Assembly (NCBI GenBank): GCA_040217195.1
Contig: JAVJNR010000008.1
Location: 416,001-480,000 of the forward strand
From: Leptospiraceae bacterium
GTDB lineage: Bacteria > Spirochaetota > Leptospiria > Leptospirales > Leptonemataceae
Direction of reading: 5' to 3'
DNA: 64,000 nt
In this document: positions 10,029 through 20,108 of the stretch, one piece after another
Position numbering within the stretch: position 1 is the stretch's first letter
How the letters are laid out: the number at the start of each line of letters is the position of its first letter
Position numbers and translations under genes: made by a program
The notes under the pieces: model-generated
Database searches by the model: none
Told to the model about the DNA's origin: nothing
The model's input: only the letters and a program-made list of their open reading frames with translations

Positions 10029-11075
10029 TTAGAAGCAATTGGCATACATTGCCTCTCCGGTGCTGGCTACGGCTGCAAATCGCCGACTCAGTGGGCTGTA
10101 GGATACTCCGCTCCAACTTACTGTAATTGGAGCGGGCTGCACTGACCATAACATGCCATCGGTGGAAGTTAGAACTTGATCCGCCCCACCAGTAGCCAGG
10201 GCCACAAATCGACCATCCCCATAGGTAATGCTGCTCCACGGATGCCCGGCCGGGGTGGGAGAGGCAACCCAGGTGCTGCCATCGGTGGAAGTCATTACCT
10301 GGTCCGTACCTGAATCCGCTACAGCCACGAACCTTCCGTTGCCAAAGGTGACTGCCCTCCAAACACCTGTGGTAGGCGCACCGGGTACCGAGGTCCACAC
10401 CGCTCCATCTGGAGACGTCATAACAGCTGTAGCGGAAGTACCCACGGCCACAAAAATCCCATTCCCAAAGGCAACATCAGTCCATTGAAGACCTCCGTTC
10501 GTTGTGGATGGCGACCAGGACAGTCCGTCACTGGAAACCATGGCACTGTTTGCGGAACCTGTATCTTGATCCACGGCTACAAAGAGTCCATTGCCGGTTG
10601 CCACCGATTTCCACAGACCTGCAGGGACTCCGCCAACCGAACTGAAGTTCACCCCGTCCGTGGATCTGGTAATGGCATTGTTCGTAATCGATGTTCCTAT
10701 TATTATTCCGTTCATTCCTGTGACATCCCTCCACTCTTCTGCAACCACTCCAACGGCCGCCGACCAGTTGATACCATCTAGAGACACCATGGATGTGGTG
10801 GGCGAGGCCCCTCCTGCCAGAGAAATAAACCGTCCAAAGCCCGGACTGTATCCCATTCCGGCCCATGAGCTTCCGGCATCTGCTGAAGGAGTTTGCTGAA
10901 ATACCAGTTCCTGGGAACTGCAACTCTTAAAAAGTTCACTGCTGAATATTGAGGCAAAAGCCAGGGCATTGCATGAGCCGTCCTCCGGTCTGCAATCCAG
11001 TGCTGGAGTGCCGCAATTCAAGGCCGGCAGGATTATGAGAAAAGCAAAGAAATAAATGCGCATTCTTGGTCCCAT
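10029..11075 (-). CDS. Lipoprotein with Asp-box/BNR-like repeats (probable beta-propeller)
   Basis: Lipobox-like PALNC; about 6 repeats of W-x-x-V-x-[FY]GNG-x-FVAV...[ST]SxDGxxW. Confidence 0.75.
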   Translation of the reverse strand: MGPRMRIYFFAFLIILPALNCGTPALDCRPEDGSCNALAFASIFSSELFKSCSSQELVFQQTPSADAGSSWAGMGYSPGFGRFISLAGGASPTTSMVSLDGINWSAAVGVVAEEWRDVTGMNGIIIGTSITNNAITRSTDGVNFSSVGGVPAGLWKSVATGNGLFVAVDQDTGSANSAMVSSDGLSWSPSTTNGGLQWTDVAFGNGIFVAVGTSATAVMTSPDGAVWTSVPGAPTTGVWRAVTFGNGRFVAVADSGTDQVMTSTDGSTWVASPTPAGHPWSSITYGDGRFVALATGGADQVLTSTDGMLWSVQPAPITVSWSGVSYSPLSRRFAAVASTGEAMYANCF

Positions 11076-11206
11076 ATACTTTAGAGGATTTCATAGCCTG
11101 CAGAGCAACAGTATTTCGCTGGAAAAAATCATTCGTTCTTTTTCGATTAGGATCGCCGTATTTGTCGTATCCTTCGCGCGGAGAATTAGCCTTCTTTCTC
11201 GCTGGG

Positions 11207-11725
11207 TTACTCCAGGTTCAATTTGAGTCTATCCAGGTTTTCATCCCATTGAGCGGCAATAGATTGCAGCATAGCGCTAGATCTGCGGAACCCATCCCTT
11301 CGAATTCCGTAGCGACGTTCCCTGCCCTCCGCTTTTTTTTGAATCAAACCTGCCTGCTCCAGCACGGTGAGATGAACGGTGATGGCCTGCCGGGTCATTC
11401 CAGACCTTTCGCTTAATTCGGAAATGGACGGATTGGTAGCTCCCTGGATTTTCTTAAGCAAACGAATCCTGGAAGGATTTCCAAGAGCAGCAAATACTTG
11501 AGCAGCTGATTCCAGGTCGCTGGAGGTATAATCGGAGGTACCTACGGAAGAATGATTCTCGGAGAAGTCGTCCGACCAGATTGCCACCTCCCCGGAACGA
11601 ATTCTGCTAAGTAGCCGTCCCTCCGTTTCGGTAGCTTTTTTCTCTTTTATGCCTTTGCTGGATTTGATCGAATGCCTGTTTGTGCCCTCCATCCGAGAGG
11701 TTGATTTCTTTCCCTTTGCATTCAT
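11207..11725 (-). CDS. ArsR/SmtB-family HTH regulator with N-terminal extension
   Basis: VFAALGNPSRIRLL, TRQAITVHLTVLEQAGLI, GRERRY; ATGA overlap with the upstream gene stop at 11722-11725. Confidence 0.85.
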   Translation of the reverse strand: MNAKGKKSTSRMEGTNRHSIKSSKGIKEKKATETEGRLLSRIRSGEVAIWSDDFSENHSSVGTSDYTSSDLESAAQVFAALGNPSRIRLLKKIQGATNPSISELSERSGMTRQAITVHLTVLEQAGLIQKKAEGRERRYGIRRDGFRRSSAMLQSIAAQWDENLDRLKLNLE

Positions 11726-12159
11726 TGTGTCCTCTGCTCCAGGTAATTTCGAACATTCTCCGTTTGAATCTTCCATCCTTTCTCATTGCTGCGAAGGATC
11801 CTCAATCGAGCATCTTCCGGCAATGCTTCGAAACCAGATTCCTTTACCGTCAGTAGCGTTCCATTGCCTTGAGGTTGCAGATGGAACTCCACTCGAGTGC
11901 TTCCTTCAACATCCTGGTCCTCATGACTCCAGGAAAATGCGAACAAAGACTCAGGTTGAATCTTCTCAATTATTGCCTTCCAGGGATACCCTTCATATCC
12001 GGGATAGGTCATTCGACCGGTGGATACATGCCCTTCTTCAAAAGGTTGGTCTAAATCCACATGAAACCATTTTCCGAATTCGCAGTAATCGGTGAGCGCC
12101 GTCCATACTCTTTGCAAAGGCGCCTTAATTTCCACACTTCTCTCAATTTGATAGTCCAT
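11722..12159 (-). CDS. SRPBCC/AHSA1-like protein
   Basis: IERSVEIKAPLQRVWTALTD, TRVEFHL..GNGTLLTVKESGF, GW motif; GGAGG RBS before MDYQ. Confidence 0.9.
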   Translation of the reverse strand: MDYQIERSVEIKAPLQRVWTALTDYCEFGKWFHVDLDQPFEEGHVSTGRMTYPGYEGYPWKAIIEKIQPESLFAFSWSHEDQDVEGSTRVEFHLQPQGNGTLLTVKESGFEALPEDARLRILRSNEKGWKIQTENVRNYLEQRTQ

Positions 12160-12361
12160 GATTCCTCCTTTCACTGCCCCATCCATATGCAACGATTCAC
12201 TTGCATATTATCGGGGTGCAATTTATGCAACTTTTTTTTTGCATTTCAGAAATTCTGGACCCTGTATCAAATTCCATTGGCCAGGCCTATAGGTAGGAAC
12301 TCTCGCGGACGCCCCCCTGAACCGCCCAGAGTGTGCGATATTTTGAAAGAGCTACTGGATA

Positions 12362-12396
12362 GTATAATTCGATGGTATAATTCGATGGTATAATCC
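12362..12396. repeat. Tandem 13-bp direct repeat (GTATAATTCGATG x2 plus a partial third copy)
   Basis: Read directly: gtataattcgatg gtataattcgatg gtataatcc. Confidence 0.8.
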
Positions 12397-12453
12397 GGGC
12401 GAAGGCTTCCCGGCGGGTGAGGAAGAAAGAAGCAACCGGCGATTGAACAGTAC

Positions 12454-12482
12454 AAAAAAAGCCCGACAGGACTGCCGGGCTT
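12454..12482 (-). terminator. Rho-independent terminator of sucCD
   Basis: Minus strand AAGCCCGGCAG-TC-CTGTCGGGCTTTTTTT. Confidence 0.8.
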
Positions 12483-12572
12483 CTTGCGGGATCCAGGGCT
12501 TGAATTGCCGGGTCCCTGAACTCTGGGTTCATTCTGTAGCGGACCTGAAACTCAGGCCCATCGATTCAAGAA

Positions 12573-13448
12573 TTACTTACCCAGTAGTTCCTTCATTTTT
12601 GAGCCAATGTCTGCGGGAGATTGAACCACGGCAATTCCAGCAGCTTTCATGGCTTCCATCTTACTCTGAGCCGTTCCTTTGCCTCCAGAGATGATGGCAC
12701 CCGCATGCCCCATTCTCTTTCCGGGAGGGGCGGTCTGACCTGCTATAAATCCTACCATGGGCTTCTTAACATTGTCTTTCACCCATTCAGCCGCATCCTC
12801 TTCATCGGTACCACCAATCTCGCCGATCATGATAATTCCTTCTGTGTCTGGATCATCGTTCAAGAGCTGGATGGCATCTTTATGCTTGGTACCGATTACC
12901 GGATCCCCTCCAATTCCAATACAGGTGCTCTGTCCCAGACCTACCAGAGAAAGCTGACCAACAGTTTCGTAGGTCAGAGTTCCACTCCTGGAAACGACTC
13001 CAATATTTCCAGGCTTATGAATGCTGGCCGGCATAATGCCGATTTTACCTTTGCCTGGAGAAATAACGCCTGGACAGTTGGGTCCCACCAGTCTGGTTTT
13101 TGAGTTTTGAAGTACAGTATACACTCGGGCCATGTCTCGCACCGGAATTCCTTCCGTAATACATACACATAATTCGATTTCTGCACCCACAGCTTCCAGA
13201 ATCGCATCGGCTGCGAACGGAGGCGGAACGAAAATCACAGCAGCATTCGCTCCTTCGATTTCCTTTGCTTCACGCAATGTGTTAAAGATGGGAACTCCGG
13301 GTCCAAATTGCTGGCCGCCGCGGCCAGGAGTCACTCCGGCCACTACTTGCGTTCCATACTCAATCATTTGCTCTGTATGAAAGGAACCCTCTTTTCCTGT
13401 GATTCCCTGAACTACCACTCTGGTATCATCTGTTACTAAAACTGCCAT
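12573..13448 (-). CDS. sucD: Succinyl-CoA synthetase alpha subunit
   Basis: [33 protein letters not shown] (phospho-His). Confidence 0.98.
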   Translation of the reverse strand: MAVLVTDDTRVVVQGITGKEGSFHTEQMIEYGTQVVAGVTPGRGGQQFGPGVPIFNTLREAKEIEGANAAVIFVPPPFAADAILEAVGAEIELCVCITEGIPVRDMARVYTVLQNSKTRLVGPNCPGVISPGKGKIGIMPASIHKPGNIGVVSRSGTLTYETVGQLSLVGLGQSTCIGIGGDPVIGTKHKDAIQLLNDDPDTEGIIMIGEIGGTDEEDAAEWVKDNVKKPMVGFIAGQTAPPGKRMGHAGAIISGGKGTAQSKMEAMKAAGIAVVQSPADIGSKMKELLGK

Positions 13449-13544
13449 TACTATCTCCTATCATATTATAACTCTGTTTTGCTGCTTTAGAGTCCAGGAC
13501 CACATCCAGTATCTCATCCGAAACCGGAGTGGACCCGCGAAACT

Positions 13545-14753
13545 CTATTTTACAGCAGCCGCCACCTTTTCCGCTGAATCCGTTAATTCCTCGGCTACTG
13601 TAATGGGCAGACCGGATTTCTGCAGAATCTCTCTGGCCAGTTCAGCATTGGTTCCTTTCAGTCTTACAATTAGAGGAACTCCAATCTTTACTTCCTGAGC
13701 GGCCTGAACGATACCGTTGGCCACCCGGTCACATTGAACGATTCCGCCAAAGATATTGACGAAGATAGCTTTTACTTTTGGATCTTCCAGGATGATGCGA
13801 AACCCGTTGGCAACAGTGGTAGGATTGGCTCCACCGCCTACATCCAGAAAGTTTGCTGGTTCGGCGCCGGCCAGTTTTACCAGGTCCATGGTGGCCATGG
13901 CCAGCCCGGCTCCGTTAACCATACAGCCAACGTTTCCGTCCAGGTGCACATAGTTCAGATTGAATTCTCCGGCACGTACTTCCAGAGGATCCTCTTCGGT
14001 GATATCTCGCATCTCGGCCGCTTCTGGATGCCGAAACATTGCATTTTCATCGTAGCTAAATTTGCAGTCCAGAGCTACCAGTTCGCCGGATTTCTCAACT
14101 ACCAGAGGGTTGATCTCCAGCATGGAGGAATCCTCTTCATCGTAGGCCTTCCATAGACCAAGCAGGAAAGGTACTCCCTGTTTCAGGGATTCCTTGGGCA
14201 GACCAAAGGCAAACAGGATTTCCCGGGCCTGCCAGGGCTGTAGTCCAATAGCTGGTTCAACGGGTATTTTTATGATCTTTTCAGGGGTCTTTTCAGCCAC
14301 CTCTTCAATGTCCATTCCACCTTCCGTGGAGCACATTACAATGGGCTTGTTCAGGGCACGATCATGCAGAATACTGAGATACAGCTCCCGCTCGATTGCG
14401 GTCCCTTTTTCCAGGAATATCTTGTGGACTTGCTTTCCGGTGCCCCCGGTTTGATGTGTTACCAGATAGTTTCCCAGCATTTTAGAACCGAATTCTACGG
14501 CTTCCTCTCTGGACTTGGCTATCTTAACTCCACCTTCTTGAATCTTGGCATCCTTGTGGGGATCGGCTCCTTCATAGAGAACGCCTTTTCCTCGTCCTCC
14601 GGCATGGACCTGGGATTTGACTGCGATTACGCCGCCTCCCAGGGAATCATAGGCCGCCCCGATATCCTCTTTTTTGTCCACGACTTTACCGTCCTGAACC
14701 TTAACACCATGACGCTTTAGTAATTGCTTGGCTTGATACTCATGAAGCTTCAT
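13545..14753 (-). CDS. sucC: Succinyl-CoA synthetase beta subunit
   Basis: [48 protein letters not shown]. Confidence 0.98.
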   Translation of the reverse strand: MKLHEYQAKQLLKRHGVKVQDGKVVDKKEDIGAAYDSLGGGVIAVKSQVHAGGRGKGVLYEGADPHKDAKIQEGGVKIAKSREEAVEFGSKMLGNYLVTHQTGGTGKQVHKIFLEKGTAIERELYLSILHDRALNKPIVMCSTEGGMDIEEVAEKTPEKIIKIPVEPAIGLQPWQAREILFAFGLPKESLKQGVPFLLGLWKAYDEEDSSMLEINPLVVEKSGELVALDCKFSYDENAMFRHPEAAEMRDITEEDPLEVRAGEFNLNYVHLDGNVGCMVNGAGLAMATMDLVKLAGAEPANFLDVGGGANPTTVANGFRIILEDPKVKAIFVNIFGGIVQCDRVANGIVQAAQEVKIGVPLIVRLKGTNAELAREILQKSGLPITVAEELTDSAEKVAAAVK

Positions 14754-14829
14754 CCACGCTTCTCCTGGATAATAAGAATTTCTGGACAGGATTTCCTTGA
14801 AGGGGGTCCTTGAAAACCGTTTTTAGACC

Positions 14830-16287
14830 ATGCTCCATCCGGATCTACTCCAACCATTAGAACCTACGCAAAGGAAGGCCGTTCAGGAAATTGCCCGAGT
14901 ATTGCAGGAATCCGGATACGAATGCTATCTGGTGGGAGGCTGTGTTCGAGACCTCTTACGGGGTATGCCAGCAAAGGACCTGGATCTGACCACGGATGCA
15001 TTGCCTCAAGAATCCAGAAAACTGTTCAAAAAGACGATTCCCACCGGCATCGAACATGGCACCATTACTGTTCGAATGCTGGGGCATTCCCTGGAATTGA
15101 CTACATACCGGACCGAGGGTAGCTATACGGATGGACGAAGGCCAGACCAGGTTCAGTTTGGAAAATCCCTGAGCGAAGATTTATGCAGACGAGATTTTAC
15201 TGTAAATGCCCTGGCCTATGATCCAATAAGCGAAGACCTGGTGGATGAACACGGTGGCCTGGATGATCTGAAAAATCGATTAATTCGAACCATCGGCGAA
15301 GCCCGGGACCGATTCTTTGAAGATGGTCTCAGACCCATTCGGGCCTGTCGATTTCTCTCTACTCTGGAATTCAGATTGGAGGAGACCACTCAAAAGGCCC
15401 TGAGTGAACCAGAAGTACAAAAGAGAACAGCCATGGTGGCCATCGAAAGATTCACCGACGAGCTTCGCAAAGGACTGAAAAGTGCAGACCCCATGCCTAT
15501 GCTTCTGGAGATCCAAAAGAGCGGATTATTATCTGTATTCTTGAATCGCGCTAACGTTGAATCTTCTGGAGAAGCATTAACTGACGATGAATTGATGTTC
15601 CAGGCTCTGGCCAATCAAAAGAGCAATAATTCCGGTGATACCAGACCACTGGAGCACGGCGAAAATCGATCCCTGCAAGCATTACCAATTGATGTTAAAA
15701 GAAAAAGATTCGCATGGTTTAAAGAAAGAGCCACAGATATTGAGAATAGCTCGGACTGGCTGGTGGATATACGAGTGTTCTTGTGGCTGCATAGCCTGTT
15801 TCCGTATTCCAATTCATCGGATCTTATGGCAATACTGAAACGCTGGAAGTTTCCCAACCATACAGTGCAGTGCCTGGAAGCAAGCTTTCTACTCCTGGAT
15901 GCTCTGGATGCAGTTGGAATGAAAAACTATACTGGCTGGCAACGGTCAAATGGACTTCCGGAAATTAGAAAATCCCTGTTTCAGCTCAGCAAGGTTCTGG
16001 ATCATCGCCTGGAATCCTTTCTCCTCACCTGGCAAGCGTACATCCAGTGTATTGCACCGGAAGCAGGCCAAATGAAAGGAACCCTGGATGCTTTGAATTC
16101 CAGCTATACTTCAGATCCATTTCGGATCAAGGACCTGGCTCTAAGCGGAAAAGATCTCATGGAAATGGGATTCCAGGGTAAGCAAATCGGTGACGTTCTT
16201 CAGAGTTGCCTGGAAGAAGTCTGGAAAGATCCAACGATAAACACCAGGGAACGATTAATAGAATTCCTGGAAAGTACCGGTTCCTGA
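14830..16287 (+). CDS. cca: Class II tRNA nucleotidyltransferase (probable CCA-adding enzyme)
   Basis: LVGGCVRDLL, DLDLTTD, E-x-x-Y-x-DGRRP flexible loop, RRDFTVNA, FFEDGLRPIR; C-terminal LSGKDLM..G..IG. Confidence 0.85.
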   Translation: MLHPDLLQPLEPTQRKAVQEIARVLQESGYECYLVGGCVRDLLRGMPAKDLDLTTDALPQESRKLFKKTIPTGIEHGTITVRMLGHSLELTTYRTEGSYTDGRRPDQVQFGKSLSEDLCRRDFTVNALAYDPISEDLVDEHGGLDDLKNRLIRTIGEARDRFFEDGLRPIRACRFLSTLEFRLEETTQKALSEPEVQKRTAMVAIERFTDELRKGLKSADPMPMLLEIQKSGLLSVFLNRANVESSGEALTDDELMFQALANQKSNNSGDTRPLEHGENRSLQALPIDVKRKRFAWFKERATDIENSSDWLVDIRVFLWLHSLFPYSNSSDLMAILKRWKFPNHTVQCLEASFLLLDALDAVGMKNYTGWQRSNGLPEIRKSLFQLSKVLDHRLESFLLTWQAYIQCIAPEAGQMKGTLDALNSSYTSDPFRIKDLALSGKDLMEMGFQGKQIGDVLQSCLEEVWKDPTINTRERLIEFLESTGS

Positions 16288-16293
16288 TTTTTC

Positions 16294-17373
16294 TCAGGAC
16301 TGCCTGGCCAGAAGAGTCCTGAAATCATAGGGCGGTCTATGGATACCCAGCTCAGTTACAATGCCGCTGATCAAATCTCCACCAGTGACATCAAAAGCCG
16401 GGTTAAACACATCCACTTCTGCGGGCGCACTGTATAGGCCCTGAAACTGTCGCACTTCATCGGCATTTCGTTCTTCGATTACGATTTCTTTTCCGGAATC
16501 CAATGAAGGATCCAGAGTAGTGGTGGGAGCCACAATGTACATCGGAATTCCAAAATGATGGGCCATTACTGCCAGCCCCAGGGTCCCTATTTTATTGGCC
16601 GTGTCTCCGTTGGAAGCGATTCGATCGGCACCTACCAGAATCAGATCGATTTTGCCATCGGCCATAACGGAAGCAGCCATACTGTCCGTGATCAGTTTTA
16701 CAGGTATTCCAGCTTCAAAAAGCTCCCAGGCAGTAATTCGGCCTCCCTGCAGTAATGGCCTGGTTTCATCTGCATAGACCTGGATTGTCTTTCCGGACAG
16801 ATGAGCCTTATAGATGGCAGCCAGTGCTGTGCCCAGTCCGCCGGTGGCCACAGCGCCAGCGTTGCAATGTGTTAGAATAGAATTTCCGTCCTGGATCAGG
16901 TCAGCTCCATGGCTGCCCATGCGATTGCAAAGGTCTTCATCTTCTCGATGGATGGCTACCGCCACTTCTTCCATACGAGACGCCGCTTCTGCAGGATTGA
17001 CCTGCGGATGAGACAGAGATTCCACATAGCTTCTAGCCGCTCGATCCATACGATCCATGCAATGAAACAGATTTACTGCGGTAGGGCGAGTCTGGCGCAG
17101 AATCTCAGTAATTTGCAATAGACGGTTTAGCCATTTATCCGCCTCTTTCTGCCGGAAATTTCTGATCTCCAGGACAACGCCGTAGGCAGCGGCCACGCCA
17201 ATTGCAGGAGCTCCCCTTACTCTTAGCATCTTGATGGCCTCAGCCACCTCGTCAAGATTCCTCAATGTAAGCCAGTGCTGCTCCAGAGGTAATCTGGTTT
17301 GATCAAGTAAATGCAGGTACTCACCTTTCCAGATAAAAGCTCGAGGTATCTCAGTGGCGGCTAAATGAGTCAT
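16294..17373 (-). CDS. mtnA: S-methyl-5-thioribose-1-phosphate isomerase
   Basis: LLDQTRLP, VRGAPAIG, TRPTAVNL, THCNAG, DETRPLLQGGR, GDTANKIGT, NPAFDVT. Confidence 0.96.
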   Translation of the reverse strand: MTHLAATEIPRAFIWKGEYLHLLDQTRLPLEQHWLTLRNLDEVAEAIKMLRVRGAPAIGVAAAYGVVLEIRNFRQKEADKWLNRLLQITEILRQTRPTAVNLFHCMDRMDRAARSYVESLSHPQVNPAEAASRMEEVAVAIHREDEDLCNRMGSHGADLIQDGNSILTHCNAGAVATGGLGTALAAIYKAHLSGKTIQVYADETRPLLQGGRITAWELFEAGIPVKLITDSMAASVMADGKIDLILVGADRIASNGDTANKIGTLGLAVMAHHFGIPMYIVAPTTTLDPSLDSGKEIVIEERNADEVRQFQGLYSAPAEVDVFNPAFDVTGGDLISGIVTELGIHRPPYDFRTLLARQS

Positions 17374-17944
17374 CCTGAAACTCCGGGAAATATTGGAAGA
17401 AAGACTTTCTGGGTACAATGCGAAAAGCCTGACCGTACAGACGTTCGAACTCCTCGGTAAAACCCATGTAAGGTGTCATATGCAACGGGATCTGATTTTC
17501 GTATTGATGAATCTGATCCAGCGTAAGTTCCATTCCGGGAACCACAATGGTTTTCATGAAGTTCCAGTCACCCTTAAAACGAAGGCTATTGGGTCGCAAT
17601 TCCTTCACTCTCTCCGAGAGTTGAATCAGGCGCGGAAGAGGACACCCAGCATCGGAGTAGGAAACCAGGTTAATCTTCAGCAATCGACCGGCCAGACCCA
17701 GTGGTTCCCAGACTCCATTGTACCGGGGCGGATGAAATCGTGCGATTCGAATATCCTCGGTTAGCTGATCCAGGGCACTGGGCGGAGCTTCACCACCGTA
17801 ACCAAATTCTCCCAGATAAAGCCAGTGGTAGAGATCAACGGCCTTCTGATTCGGGTACATGTCCAGAAACCATTCGCCTGTTTCTGTTTTATATTCAGGA
17901 GTAACGTCCTCGGTCTGTTCAACAAGATCGTAATAGGAATCCAT
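17351..17944 (-). CDS. Hypothetical protein
   Basis: 197-aa ORF; its start overlaps the der stop and its end overlaps the mtnA start; D-L-Y-x-W-L-Y-x-G-E-F-G motif. Confidence 0.75.
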   Translation of the reverse strand: MDSYYDLVEQTEDVTPEYKTETGEWFLDMYPNQKAVDLYHWLYLGEFGYGGEAPPSALDQLTEDIRIARFHPPRYNGVWEPLGLAGRLLKINLVSYSDAGCPLPRLIQLSERVKELRPNSLRFKGDWNFMKTIVVPGMELTLDQIHQYENQIPLHMTPYMGFTEEFERLYGQAFRIVPRKSFFQYFPEFQDDSFSRH

Positions 17945-19629
17945 TATCCGCTCCGCTCTCTGAAGAAAACTCGAATAGGAATTCCCTGCAATCCAAAATC
18001 CTGCCGAATTTTATTCTCAACAAAGCGAGGAAATCCCTTCTGCATCTTTTGCTTATCGTTTATAAAGAATAAAAATACAGGCGGATTGGCATCCGGCTGG
18101 GTGGCATACAGGATACGAAACCCTGCATTTTTTCCAGGCCAGTCCCGAAACCATATTTTGATTCTATTATTTAGCTCGGAGGTGCTCACGCGATAGGCGG
18201 ATTTCTCTTTCAATGCCAGAGCTTCTTCGATGATTTTAAGAGTGTTCTTTCCAGTTAGAGCGGAAATAAAGAGCACCGGAACAGTTTCCAGAAAGCGAAA
18301 GGCCGCTTTAAGATCCAGAAGAAAGTTTTTCTGAGTTTTATGATCTTTGTCTGGAACAGCATCCCATTTATTGACTACCATAATGCATGGTCGAGCGAAT
18401 CGGCCAATCATTGCCTGAATTTTTTTATCGTAATCGCTTATGCCTTTCAGTCCATCGATTAGGTGCACTACAACTTCGCTATCCTGCATGGCACGAAGGC
18501 TTCGCCGCATAGAATAGAAATCCGTGGCATTCTTAACAGCTCCTCTTTTCTTTAGCCCGGCTGTATCGATTATTCGAATTGCCTTTCCGCGAAAACGAAA
18601 CAGAGTGTCCAGAGTATCTCTAGTTGTACCCGCCACATCCGAAACCAGAGAAAGTTCCTCATTTACCAGCCTGTTAAATAGAGATGACTTACCGGCATTT
18701 TGCTTCCCCACCAGACTGATTCGTAAGTCGCTCGTTCTATCATCGCTAATAGTAGTTGAACGTATTTCTTTGCTTCTACGTCGATCCTGCCAGATGCTTT
18801 CAATCTCCTGCTCCGTCAGAGTGGGCTCTTGAAGATTTACTGAAACCGGCCCTGCGCCAGAACCTTCCATGGTCTGCTCAACCAATTCGTCCGAGTCAGC
18901 GGCATTATCCTCTTCGGTCACTACTGTAAGACTGTGCGGATCGCCATCTGGATTGTCTGGCATCTCAATGGAGGCATGGCCATCAGACTCATTTTCCATT
19001 TCCTCTTCTATGGCCACCCCACCCGGGTCCTCCTGCGATTCTGAGGCGGCCCTATTCTTTCTTCTCTTCCAGTGCGGCTCGGCCAGGCCTGAAGGACTGC
19101 GCTCCAGAGCGGGAGGCATGGCAATTCCCAGAGACTCCAGAGTGGACTTCACTGCTTCGCACATATCTTTCAGATGGTATTTGCTGGCCGCCGATACTGG
19201 CAGAGGATCCAGACCATCCTCATAGAAACCGTAAATGTCAGATTCTTTTTCCGGAGCATCTATCTTGTTTACAACTAGAAGCAGCGGTCGATTCTCTTTT
19301 CGCAGCCACTGAATAAAATCAATGTCGAAAGCATCTGCGGCCGGAGGCTCCATCAAATAGATGAGCAAATCCACAGATTTTAAAATTTCACGGGCCCGGG
19401 CCACGATGGCATCGTCCAGACCATTGTCCGGTTCCAGGTCCAGGCCCGGTAGATCCAGAATGTAAAATCGCATTCCGTAGCGGTTTACTTCGCCTTTTAG
19501 TACGTCTCTTGTCAATCCGGGGGTTTCATGGGTCAAAGCGCGGTTCTTTCCCAACAGTGCATTGAATAGAGAGGATTTGCCTGCATTCCTGCGGCCAGCC
19601 AGGCCCACTACTGGGATGTGTTTTGCCAT
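17944..19629 (-). CDS. der: Ribosome biogenesis double GTPase Der/EngA with long acidic linker
   Basis: Two G domains (GRRNAGKS/GLTRD/NKID; GKQNAGKS/GTTRD/DTAG/NKWD) and a KH-like C-terminus (YATQ..NPPVF, GIPIRVFFR). Confidence 0.93.
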   Translation of the reverse strand: MAKHIPVVGLAGRRNAGKSSLFNALLGKNRALTHETPGLTRDVLKGEVNRYGMRFYILDLPGLDLEPDNGLDDAIVARAREILKSVDLLIYLMEPPAADAFDIDFIQWLRKENRPLLLVVNKIDAPEKESDIYGFYEDGLDPLPVSAASKYHLKDMCEAVKSTLESLGIAMPPALERSPSGLAEPHWKRRKNRAASESQEDPGGVAIEEEMENESDGHASIEMPDNPDGDPHSLTVVTEEDNAADSDELVEQTMEGSGAGPVSVNLQEPTLTEQEIESIWQDRRRSKEIRSTTISDDRTSDLRISLVGKQNAGKSSLFNRLVNEELSLVSDVAGTTRDTLDTLFRFRGKAIRIIDTAGLKKRGAVKNATDFYSMRRSLRAMQDSEVVVHLIDGLKGISDYDKKIQAMIGRFARPCIMVVNKWDAVPDKDHKTQKNFLLDLKAAFRFLETVPVLFISALTGKNTLKIIEEALALKEKSAYRVSTSELNNRIKIWFRDWPGKNAGFRILYATQPDANPPVFLFFINDKQKMQKGFPRFVENKIRQDFGLQGIPIRVFFRERSG

Positions 19630-19646
19630 TTTATATAATCCGGAAT

Positions 19647-20108
19647 CTATCGATTCGCATCTCGAAGAGCACGAGCCATTTCCCGGTCGGCTTCTTTCTT
19701 CTTTTCGTCCTGACGCTTATCTGCCTTCTGCTTTCCACGGCAAATCCCAAGCAGGATCTTTACCTTGCCACGGTCATTGAAATAAAGCTTCAAAGGTACA
19801 GCCGTTAGTTTCTTTTCGCGAATCTTACTGGTTAATTTATCGATTTCTTTTCGATGAAGCAGAAGCTTGCGAGTCCTGGTTTCCTCATGGTTAAAATGAG
19901 TTGCATTTCTATAGGGCTGGATTCGCAGATTGAGCAAATATAGCTCATCGCCCTGAATGGTAGCAAAAGAATCCAGAAGATCGCCGCCCCCGGCACGCAG
20001 GCTTTTTACTTCTGTTCCCTGCAGTGCAATTCCCACTTCCAGGGTTTCAAGAACCTCGTAATTTCTACGGGCTCTCTTGTTCTCCAGTGTCAGGGGTACC
20101 TTCTTCAT
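19647..20108 (-). CDS. smpB: SsrA-binding protein
   Basis: ENKRARRNY, GIALQGTEVKSLR, RTRKLLLHRKEI, GKQKADKR. Confidence 0.97.
   Translation of the reverse strand: MKKVPLTLENKRARRNYEVLETLEVGIALQGTEVKSLRAGGGDLLDSFATIQGDELYLLNLRIQPYRNATHFNHEETRTRKLLLHRKEIDKLTSKIREKKLTAVPLKLYFNDRGKVKILLGICRGKQKADKRQDEKKKEADREMARALRDANR

Noticed and set aside
12362..12396. Possible CRISPR array
   Set aside because: The repeats are 13 bp, abut each other without spacers, and no cas genes are present.
18730..19128. Intein in Der (and in the NadE inserts)
   Set aside because: No N-terminal C/S block, no C-terminal HN-[CST] and no LAGLIDADG motif; the composition is low-complexity.
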